Shown here one piece after another: positions 14,411 to 24,867 of a DNA stretch of 64,000 nucleotides. The DNA lies in contig CDRNST010000436.1 of assembly GCA_977016875.1 (NCBI GenBank), forward strand, positions 6,138,001 through 6,202,000, given 5' to 3'. This DNA comes from Pavona decussata (lineage: Eukaryota). The notes under the pieces are model-generated. The model worked only from the letters and a program-made list of their open reading frames with translations, did no database searches and was not told the origin of the DNA. The translations under genes and the position numbers were made by a program. Numbering within the stretch: the first letter of the stretch is position 1; each line of letters begins with the position of its first letter.

Positions 14411-16055
14411 TGTTGGACCCTTGCCGTTTTATAATGATTTTTCTCACTTTTGTAAAGCGTCTTCGAACCTTCGGATTTTGGCGCTATATAAACTGTCATT
14501 GTAATTGTAATTGTAGTGAGAATACGCATATATACTCTCACTGAGGTTTGAAGGGCGGAAACGCCTGCAAAACGTGGGTCAAACGATTATCTTCGAAAAA
14601 GCTGTTCATTTGTCAGACCGTTCAGTACTGGTACGAAAAGACGCTTCCTTAGCGAAACTATGTACGCTACGTTTGACGCCCTTGTCAAATTTTGTGCAGA
14701 TGCACGTGATATATTTAGTTGGGTAGTCTCACGATCAGCTGCAACTGAAGAAAAAAACCCAAGAACACTTACACTACACGCTTAAATGCAGAAAGACAAT
14801 GAAGTGCAAAGTGTCTTGTCTAAGAAAACAACAAGACTGTAGAGTACCTTTTGCCTTCTTATCTCCAATCTTCCGCTGCGGTTTTTTAAAATTAATTGTT
14901 AAATGATGGAACATTCACACAGTTTCACCACAGAAAGACTGAAAGATGCGAGTGTCACATATATATCTTTACTTCTGTTCCTATCCCAACGTTCACAACT
15001 TTAAAATGCAAAAAAACAGTCCGCGTTTTTGCGTGCGTCAGACGTAAGGACGCGCGATAGATCTGGAGCCAGTAAGTAAAAGGAGAGTGGGGCTGGGGCG
15101 AGAGTGACCGTACATTTTCTTCACGCTTTCGGTAGCTCGCGCCTTCCTCTGCGAGTTTTAAAAGACAAAAAGAAGTTTACTTTCAAAGTCTATAACAGTT
15201 AAGTAACATTTATTGCAAGATTCTACAATAACGAGTAAATGTTCACTCCTTCACCCGTTTTTTTTTTTTAAAAAAACGTATCTAATCTATTTAGCCATTA
15301 AATAACCTCGGTGATCTTCGAAATATTTTAATATTTGGACAATAACTGAGTCGGTGTGCTAGTCATAAATGAGAACTACCAAGAAGGCTTCCTTTATCAT
15401 ATACTTCGACAGTTTAAATTGAACCTGTTCAACAACAAAACTTTTACTAATGGTATGGAAAGTATAACTGAAATCCTTATACAATAAGAATTAATATGAA
15501 AACTCTTTTTAACGGAGAAATTTTGCTTTTTTTAAAACAGAAACATTTTCCCAATGCGTATTAGTTTTGCGTCAGTTTAACTTTATTCTCATGCAAAATA
15601 TATTAATCAACAGAAAAGTGATCTACAAAGATAAAATATCCATCACCCGTTTGCTATGAGCTCATATAATGTCGTGGGCTGGGGTAGACGTCCTCTTATT
15701 TTCATGGCTGAGTACATAGCCTGCGTGGCAGGCGCTAGAAAGAGGAAGGGAGAATGGAAATGGGGCACGCGCGCGACGCGCGGGGACGCGACGCGCGGGG
15801 AAAAGGGAAAAGGAAGTTCTGTCTTACAAAAAGGATAAACTTTTCGACGAGTTTGCAGAATTTTATTAACGTCCCATTTGCATCACGCTACCATGCACAA
15901 TAGTGCATGCTAATCAGGAACACCTAAATCTATAGCAAATAAGACATATCGAAAACAGAAGAAAAAATTACTTATATACAATTTTAACCCAGAAAAAATA
16001 AAAGTAATTCAAGTAGTGTTCGTTTATCCTGCACTGCGATAACACACTAAGAAAT

Positions 16056-19000
16056 TTAGTCACTGGAATACAGCAAAAACGCTCCAAAGAAGCTGGCGTC
16101 AGTTTTCATTTCGTAATTCCTCACGTAAGGTATGCGAACAGAAATAGTATCGTTCGCTCGTAGCAGAAACACTCCACCATGATACTTTGTGTTGTACTTG
16201 GTGCTGGGAGTCACAGAGCTTCCCACACTTTGCATGACATTCCTGTCGTTGATGTAAGTGTAGTGAGCCATAACTGGCAAGCGGGAGTCGAAGTAGTACA
16301 TTTGGCTGTATATGAAGTAGTGACCGGCCCTCGCGACTCTGATGACACCTCTCTTGTACTGAATGGAACCCACTTTGTGATGGACAATCCAGTTTGTTAT
16401 AAGTAGATAAACTGTCGTGAAAAATTGAATAGAATATGAAATGAGGGATTTGTTCAGCACCCATAACCTTCTTGCATATCGAGCTCATTTTCCTCGATTT
16501 TCGTGTTTACAGACCATGAAAGTGCATCAAAGCCAAGCTTTCTGCCGAGTTTCTTGCACTTAGTGTTTCTCATTTACCTCAAAAGATTCTACATATCTTT
16601 TCATCGGTTCCAATTCGGGTCTTGACAATCTGCGAGCCAGCGAGCCAGCGAGCCATGCGAGGCAGACGTGCGAGGCACTCAGGTTAGCCTAAAAAACACT
16701 CCGGTTAGCCTAAAATAGCTTAAATAGCTCCCCGGTTAGCTTAACGGTTAGCATTTATGTTGGGGGCTGTTCATGCCTCGCAAGCCTCGCATGTTTTGTT
16801 CATGCCTCGCACGTTTGGCTCGCATGGCTCGCTGGCTCGCTGGCTCGCACATTGGCAACACTCTTCCAATTCACGAGTCTGACATCTTAAAGCATGTCCA
16901 TTGAAATGAAGTTCTTCAGGGGTATTAAAAACCTTGTGGTGTGGGTTTTACTGAAATATTATTTATGTAACATTTCAGTGCCCACTTTCAAACTTTGTGC
17001 TCGTATGAAAGGATAAAGAATGAATCAGTAACTGAACACTGCTTACGGGGATTGCTAAGGCTTGTATCATCTCCTGTCAGGTGGATACTTTCTGCGACCT
17101 AACAGAACAAATTCAAGTGGTTAAATTCAGTTATGGTCAGTAAAAGCAAAAATGCATTACATGCTTGGTAACCCAAGATAAAGAGGCACTCTAGGTACAG
17201 GCTGCCCATCACGGCCTGTTCATAATCCGGATACTGCAGCATGAAGGATTTAAGATTATCACTACTTTACACTCCCCCGTTATGAACAAAAACATTTAAG
17301 CTGGAGAGAATTCTTACCGCTGTTGGTGGTGGTTTGACTTTCTCTCCTAAAATACAAACAGATACTCAGTTAAGTCCTGCAAGTGCGAACAGGTAAGAAA
17401 GAGGTGGAACGCTTATGCTTATATGAAGAGAAAACGTTATCAATTTTAACCTCAATAACAAACAACGAGAACCCCTTATGTAAATTGTTAATCCGTTTTC
17501 CTTCGAAATCCCAACTCTCTGGTGTCTTTTCAGGAGACCCCTCTAACGAGTTCCGTTTACTGGCCAGTCAAAATAAAGGAACTGTGGGAAGCGGTTGGTC
17601 AAGTGCAATTTCGCGTTCACCACCTTTTAATTAATTCGCCCGATAAAAACAATTTAAATAATCGGAAAGTTTTGAAAAATATATCAATAAAAATTGTCAA
17701 AGACTCATAAGCAGCTTTGCGAAGGGAAAACCGTAACGCATGCCGCGCTAAAGCTGTGATAACCCTAAACTAAAACCACCCGGTTTTGTTTTGCCTTGTT
17801 GATATTTTTTGTTTTTGTTGTTCGGCCCCATGCTTGTTACTTGCTCTATCTTCATTCTTTCTTCGTCGTCACCCAGGACCCTTTCAACATTGCTAATTCC
17901 AACCTCGTTCCCAGGGTCTCTCCTCTTCACTGTCCCAAGGGAGCGTGAAGAGGAGGGAAGCCTGAGAAAAATGTTTTGTGTGATCGCCGCGAGTCTCCTA
18001 GTTGCCTAGTTGTTAGACCTTTCGAGCTGTGCTTGGAAGTTCATGTCTTCGAATAAACAATCAATTTTTGTCTTTGTTCCAACGCGCATGATTCGTTCAA
18101 CCCTACAGCATTTTGTATGTCATGTTATTACCTTCTATTCCGGTAAAACCCAGCGAAAACGCTCCGAAAAAGCTTCCTACTTCATCCATGTAGTAACTCT
18201 TGGCGAATGGAATGTGCACCGAGATGGTGTCTTTTTCTTGAAGCAAAAAAACCCCGCCATGGTACTTGGTGTTGTATTTCTTAGAGAAGCTAACAACGCT
18301 CCCCTGACTCCCTAGAACCCTATCACGATTGATGTAGGTATAATGACCCATTTGTGCAGAGGTGCCATCGTAGTAATGCATTTGACTGTATATGAAGTAG
18401 TACCCAGTCTTCTTGACCTCTATGTATCCCGTTGTGTCGTGGTACAAGATACTGCCTTCTCTGTGCCTTAAGTGCCAGTTCGTTATGCGGTTCGTTGTGC
18501 GGAACTGGGAATCTGGTGGCGAAACCATAATTTGTTAGTTTCCAAGTGGCGTGTTCTTGAACCTTGCGAGAAAGGCTCGGTGCATGGTCAGAGCGTACTT
18601 GAAATAGTTCAGATTTGTCTCATCTTTCAGTTTGTTACCAAGGCCATTCCACATGACAGCCCCCTATAGCTAAACGCCCTCAAAGCAGCATCAATACGGG
18701 ACCTGGGCACAAAAACACTGTTTGAGGAGCCTCGTACATTACATGAATGAAGCCGGGAGGTTGGTTTAAACATATTCTTCAAACCTTCAGGATGGAGATT
18801 ATTCAGAGATTTGAGTACACTTGTTGTGAGCTGCTTAGAGCGTCTTTGCTCGAGAGTATCCCATCCTAGGTCTTGGAGTTTATCCACAGATCTAGTATTA
18901 TAACCACTAAATGTAACTGAATCAGGAATAATTCTCCATAAATCAGCTGAAGGTTAAATAAACAATCAACTTGGTAAAATACGTTTTTAAGGTTCCAATA

Positions 19001-22000
19001 GAAGTGGTAAAACTGATGGCAATTAGATAATTAGATGATTCTCACTGATCATTTGTCTATTTTTCTGATACAAAAGAGCGAAAAAACTCGATAGACATAC
19101 TTGGATGTCTTGACATGTAGAACTCGTGTTACGATACTGGAATAACTTGAGCAGAAATTTCCCACTTCAGAAATTGTTAAGAGACTTGTACGAGCTAGGG
19201 ATTGTGGGATTCTTGAGAAGCATAGCTCTTGTTAAATAGTTTTAACCTAAAATAGTATTTTCTATACAGCTGACTACCAAGAAATGTATCATTCATCGGT
19301 GCACTGTCTACCCAAACGATCCCATCATCCCTAACTTGCACCAGTCTCCCCTTTAGTTTCTGGAGTGGGGAGTAGTACAGAAACTGAAAAAAGGAACGGG
19401 AGAAGGAGACAGGGATGAGAAGTATCTCACTTCAATCCACAGAACAAATTATCCACTGGGTCATTACAAACAAGGTTAAAAAATCCAGTCTACATTTATT
19501 ATTCATACATCGATACTGTATTCTTCGTCCATCACCAGTCAAATGGATGCTTTCAAGACTCTAAAAAATCAAAATATTTATCACTCGTTAGCGTAGTCAG
19601 AATGAGGGAGACTTCAATTAAATAAATGTGAATGTTTTAGTTGATTTCCGTAAGGCATTCGATCTTATTGATCACAATATCTTAGTGCGTAAACTCTCAG
19701 ATTATTATGATATTCCGAACCACATCTATCTCTGTTTAACAGCGACTTTGCTACTTACCGGGGACCCAGGGACGCCACGTGGTCCTGAAGAAAAACATTT
19801 ACATTGTATATGTAAATTAACTCCAGAAAATTGTTAAACTTTAAGAGTTATGGTACACATCTCACAATAACGTTTTGTTAACAACAAACGAAGAGAATCT
19901 CTGAATATTCTGACTCACATCTTGATTAAAATTTGCCTTGGCCTTTTTGCAATCCGCTTCAGTTTTTGTCCAACCTTTACGGACATCTTACACCACAAAA
20001 AATATAAAAGTTTCGAACTGCAAGTATAGTTTTGGGCTCACCCACGGCCCACTAACACATTTACTTGTGAAGGGCATCAAAAATGACTTTTCATTTTGTG
20101 CGATGGGATTATCATAATCATAATGAAATAAACAGCTTATCTGGCATTCTGACCTGGCATTCCCATGGGTCCTTGGGGACCTCTATCTCCCTTGAAGCCC
20201 GGCGGCCCTTGCGGTCCAACAGCACCAATAGGTCCTGGAAAACCTGAAATCATTGATTGATAACTGTACACTGTGGTGTGGAACTCATCAAACAACACGA
20301 ACTAAAAGGTTAGTGTCATGCAAAAGATGAAAAGGAAGCAGCTAAAGTAAAGCTGAGTATTTTTCGGCTTGTAATGTAAATTTGTCCTGAAGTGTGAAGA
20401 ACTACGAAGACGTGATTTCTATGACGATGCTACTGTTGTATGATATTCCCGAAGTTTCTTCTCAGGAACGAGTGGAGGTTGCGTTAAATTCTCCTTTTTG
20501 AGAAAATCGTGGGTTTTTTTTTTTCTATTTGCAGTCAACAAATATTTTTTGCTATAACATATGTATGGGTGCACAATTTGTTAGGCGAAGCAAAATATAT
20601 AAATAAATCAGCCTATAGCATTTTGTCCACATATTTCGATCCTGCTACCCCTTAATAGAACCTCAGTAGTAAACCCACTGCGTTAAGGAAAGTAGCACCA
20701 GTTTTCGAAGAAAATGAAATCCGGCATTACCTTTAGCACCACTCGGTCCAGGAGGGCCGGGACGACCAGTTCTTCCCATTCTTCCTCTCCTTCCTTCTCT
20801 TCCTCGAATTCCTACAGTTGAAAGATAATGTAACACTTTGTAAGGGCTGAGTTGATTTATTTCATGAAGAATTCGGGCCTTGCTTCACAAAATATTGGAT
20901 AAAAACACTGTACATAACCTCAGCTGTGCAGTCAGCCTCTCCCCCTTAGTTGGAAAAATACAGTGGTGAGAAGGGGGCGGAGAGGGTAGGGGTGGTGGCG
21001 TCATATAAGCCACATTTGTATGTCTTACCTCAAAAAGCTATTTTAGTATGAATTAGAGAATTTTTCTTGCCTTTTAGTCTCCATAATGAAGTATGGTTTT
21101 GCCTTTATGGCCTAAAATAGAGTTCTGTTCTGTCTACTAGACTAATATTGCACAATAAATCTTGTGGTTGGTTAGGCATTTTAAAGATGTATATTTTCGT
21201 CCGAATTTTTAACGCTGGGCAAATTAAACATGTTTTCCCACATTAAACACTCTTTGTATTCTGATTGCGATTGGTTTGGCTTTATAAAAAGGACACTAAA
21301 AGTGTGAACTCTGGTCTCACTTGGTGTAATCTGAGTTTTCGTTTCAGTCCAATTCTACTGTCCAAAGGGTCAATTACCAATGTGCAATTCTTTATTTGAT
21401 TAAGTCATCACAGATTATGCAGTCTTCTAAAAATATAAATTTTCGGTGACAGTTTTTGCGCACCTCAGCAAAATCACGACTTGAATCGAAATTGTTAAGG
21501 GGTGGGGTGTGGGGGGAAGACGAAGTCGCCAGCTTTAGAAGGAACACTGGAGAAGGAAATAAACACCCCCCCCCCCCCCTCCCCGCTGTCCCATTCCAAC
21601 TACATGTCTGAGTCTTCCTCCCCTGCTTTGATCTTGTTGTTTGTTATCATTCTTGTCATAATTCTTCTCAATAACAACATAAAGTATGTAATTGTTATTT
21701 GACTGAAATACTAGAGTACTAACCAACACAAGTACAGGATCCTTCAGCGCTTCTCCGAATACGAGCTGTCTCTGAATCCTAAAACGTTTGTACAGCACGA
21801 TCAACACTGAGTTTGAAAATTTCGTATCTTTTATATGACTACTAAATGTAAGTTGTGGGGTTTGAATGAATCCCCGAGGCCAGCAAAGGTAAAACGAACT
21901 CCTTACCTGGATATCCCCAACTTCCTTTCCGCTCTGCAATGCGTCGATGACCTTCTGATGCTCTCGAATTTGTATTTTTAGCCAGGCGATTTCTTTGTAA

Positions 22001-22098
22001 GTGTAGACACCGAAAACAATCCCCGAACAGGCTAACATCAAACAGCAAAGCAAAACTGGCAGTAGCTGAGCTCCGTTTTGGTTTTGTTTCTTTTCCAT
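16056..22098 (-). CDS. Collagen-containing TNF-superfamily ligand with two tandem THDs, cluster gene 2, about 437 aa, 10 exons
   Basis: Exons, total 1314 nt: 21907-22098 (TM), 21724-21778 (RIRR, CTC), 20731-20811, 20154-20243, 19759-19784 (collagen), 19509-19560 (SLESIHLTG), 18132-18512 (THD1, ends at GAAG|GTAATA donor), 17318-17346 (linker GEKVKPPPTA), 17047-17098 (VAESIHLTG), 16056-16411 (THD2, ends FFGAFLLYSSD*). Confidence 0.8.
16617..16863. mobile_element. Mutator-like MITE with 9-bp TSD
   Basis: Long TIRs with gcgagcca subrepeats. Direct repeat ttccaattc at 16608-16616 and 16864-16872. Confidence 0.8.
18627..18900 (-). mobile_element. LINE (CR1/L2-like) ORF2 C-terminal fragment
   Basis: LQDLGWDTLEQRR...NVRGSSN..RAFSYRG motifs. 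Confidence 0.75.
19628..19722 (+). mobile_element. LINE reverse-transcriptase fragment
   Basis: VLVDFRKAFDLIDHNILVRKL, matching the RT motif DxxKAFD. Confidence 0.7.
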
Positions 22099-22171
22099 CA
22101 CGGTTGCAGCTAGAACATAGGAGCAGCAGATTCAAGAACAGACAAAGCTGGCAAAGAAGACACTGCGTAAG

Positions 22172-22180
22172 TTCTCGGAA
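22172..22180. promoter_or_regulatory. GAS (STAT) palindrome near gene 2 start
   Basis: TTCTCGGAA, 74 bp upstream of the ATG. Confidence 0.55.
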
Positions 22181-22506
22181 AAACAAGGGTCACTCAAGGG
22201 TTTAGTCAAAGCTAAGCCAATCAGGAAACTTGACTCGGATATCGAATATCGTGACAAGCGCGCGCAGGACATTATAAACTTGTAGCATCATCACACAACA
22301 GTTTGGAAATTTGGGAAAACAAATTTTAGCTGAAAAAGTGGAAACCCAATTCATGCTATCATATTAATGACTCTTCAATTTTAGAATGAAAGCGGAACAG
22401 CTCGCGCGTAAAAGAATTCTTACTTTGCTGTCGCTTCAGATCCACTCCACGAACACGTGAACAGCAGATGAGACTGTAAAGGTTAAAGGTTAAACTGTAC
22501 AATGGA

Positions 22507-22542
22507 GGGGAATTTCCCCCACCAAGCTACTTTCACTTTCTC
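22507..22542 (-). promoter_or_regulatory. Composite IRF plus NF-kB element upstream of gene 2
   Basis: Minus strand reads GAGAAAGTGAAAGT-N10-GGGAAATTCC(CC): a consensus IRF element next to a consensus kB site. Confidence 0.6.
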
Positions 22543-23589
22543 AGGACAATCTCCCATCGAATGAACCACTCTTTTTACAACTTCTAATGAAGATATCGTA
22601 TTTACTCGAGGATATGTTTTCATTTGCTTGATCCCTCACCTTCTCCCACTTCTGTTACCCACCCCCTCCCTCGACCTCAAGAATATCTCGGTAGCAGGTC
22701 CCCTTAGAATGTTCCGTTTTCCGTTTTTTTTCTCCGACTCGTTCCATGATAGCGCGGATGATAGATTTCGTCAGGAGCCCATTACTCCTGATTTCGTACA
22801 GTTTTTACTAGTCAGAGTTATTCAAAAGATAACATTTATATTATGTTTTAATACAGCAAAGAACCAGTTACTACACTTTATAAACAAATAGTGACCGTTA
22901 TTGTAAAGTATATTCTCAGATAAGCTTAACTGAATATATAACAAAGCAACTGCTTACCATAGAACAACGAATACGTTACATCCATTACCAACTGTACAGG
23001 GTGACTGTCTCTGGACTATACCAGCTATCGACTGGGCAGAGCATTTTCCTGAAAACGGACTTTGCTTTCCCTTACAACTGACTATGAACTACAACATGCA
23101 TACACCAGAGGATGTCGTTTTTAAATTTACATGTAAGAGGAAATTAGTCCTGTCTCGGGGAATTCTGAAACAGGACTAAGAGGAAATCGGATGATACTGA
23201 TACGCATAAGCATAAATTATAATCTTTGGATTCCAAAATTATCACGTTAGAATAACTAACAAGCAAATAAATCATCACCCATAACAAAAACGGAATTTGA
23301 TTTTTAACCAACTATAACTCGGAAGCTTGCGACAGAAATTCTGTCTTTTCTTGAACAAGTACATGAACAAGTACATGGCTGCTCTTTTTCTATGAAAAAG
23401 GCCCTTTGCAAGCCTCGAGTTCAGGAAACGCTTCTTCCCTTTCTAAATTTCATGCAACAATTTACAGAGTTCGGTCACGTGAAGAAGCAATACTGCTGAC
23501 GCGAATATTTTTTCGATGTTAAGGTTAACACACAAATCAAACTTTAGTTCGCATTGTATGATTATAGCTTCTCTTTCCTGTTAATAATG

Positions 23590-23795
23590 CCTTACAAGGT
23601 GGTTCTAAATTTTGAGTCCGTGGATTAAATGCTATACTGTGACCAGTTCAAATGAAAGTTACTGAGCAGTACTCTCATCTGATGCTGTTTTTGTCGCTGT
23701 GCAGGGTGGTTCTAGCTTTTGAGTCTATGGTTGAAATCCTAAAGTGTGACCATTCAAATGAAAGCTACTGAGCAGTACTTTCCTGTAGTGCTGTA
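23590..23795 (+). repeat. ~107-bp minisatellite, about 2 units
   Basis: Unit ggttctaa..gaaatcctaaagtgtgaccattcaaatgaaagctactgagcagtactttcctgt. Same family as 46320-46740. Confidence 0.8.
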
Positions 23796-23845
23796 ACTTC
23801 TGGCAGGTGTCGGTCTTGGGCGTTTTGGGCGTGAAATTTAAAGGT

Positions 23846-24207
23846 TTAAGTTGTTACAGGGTGAAGAAGAAACGCACCAAAATAGCTATAAGTTGGTTCC
23901 ATTAAATAGACTCTTGAAAAAGGAGTTCGTACAGATATATGATCAGTGGCGTTCAAAAAAACTACGCAACCGTTATAATTGGTGCTGTACTTTCTATCTT
24001 TGCTAACAACAGCAGATGTACTCTGCATCAAAATGCGCGAGTTGACATACAACTGATGTGTCATCTGGTATGCCAAGCCGTCATGGTAATACATCTGGGA
24101 ATACACATAGTAAAATCCAGCTGTCTGTATTTGAATGGTCCCGTGACTGTACTGAAGTCTGCCTGATCTGTGTTGCTCTTGCCAGTTCTTGACTGTGCGT
24201 CTACCTA
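23846..24207 (-). CDS. Additional intact THD terminal exon, probably an alternative last exon of gene 3
   Basis: Acceptor TTTGTTTCCAAACAG at 24208, phase 1 like the other THD exons. Open frame ...KNWQEQH..AGFYYVYSQMYY..YNGCVVFLNATDHISV..SYFGAFLLHPVTT*. I found no 52-nt strand-A exon of its own between 24208 and 24868. Confidence 0.72.
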
Positions 24208-24867
24208 CTGTTTGGAAACAAATACAGCCTATGTTGAAAAATCCATGGTCAGAGATGGCAGAAAAATTAGGTGTGCCAGGCATCGTTTGACAAGCTTACA
24301 AGATTGTGATGCCGACATGTTATTCGATTCAATTCACTGCAATTTAAGGCTCGAACATGAGAAAAATCGTCCACGTTGTTGATATCACAGGCTGCGCATG
24401 GATATGAATCAAATGCCAATCAGATGAAGAGAAACCGACAAGAGGCACAAATCAGGCAGCATCTAGACCACAGACCAACTGGACAGCGGCATGTACAGCG
24501 CAACTCTACAGCCTTTCAAAGGATAACCCACAAGATTATACAGTTAGATATCAAGTGCAGTCAAAACTTCAGTTACCTAATAAATAAAGCACAGGCCAAA
24601 TAAGAGCCGGAAACGTCTGAGTTTAGTCATCCGTAAGGCTTTTGGCACTAACAGAAAGAGACTAGGATAGCGAGTGAGGTCCTTACGTCTGTAAATACCA
24701 GAAAAGTTTTAAGTTCTCTGCTACCGATGGATCTTTAGGATCACACTAATTTGGTACGTTTTGACTGTACAAAACGTGAACGCTTCCTTTTATTATCATG
24801 GCCCATAGCGACTTCAAAGGAGGGCACAAATCACCGTCTTCTTCGTCTGTGAAACCTTCCGAAGTTA

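Noticed and set aside
18103-18131. Stop at 18103 (…GNNMTYKML*) as the end of gene 2, with 16056-17346 as a separate sixth gene
   Set aside because: There is no TM or ATG exon between 17346 and 18103, the in-phase donor at 18131 fits the 29-nt linker exon, and no nearby poly(A) signal is visible. A minor short isoform remains possible.
19101-19136. 36-nt AG..GT bounded segment in a gene 2 intron
   Set aside because: It contains a stop codon in the required phase.
24390-24445. Minus-strand LSVSLHLIGI* resembling the ESIHLxG exon
   Set aside because: No AG acceptor, in-frame stop, and codons unrelated to the real 52-nt exons. Probably chance.
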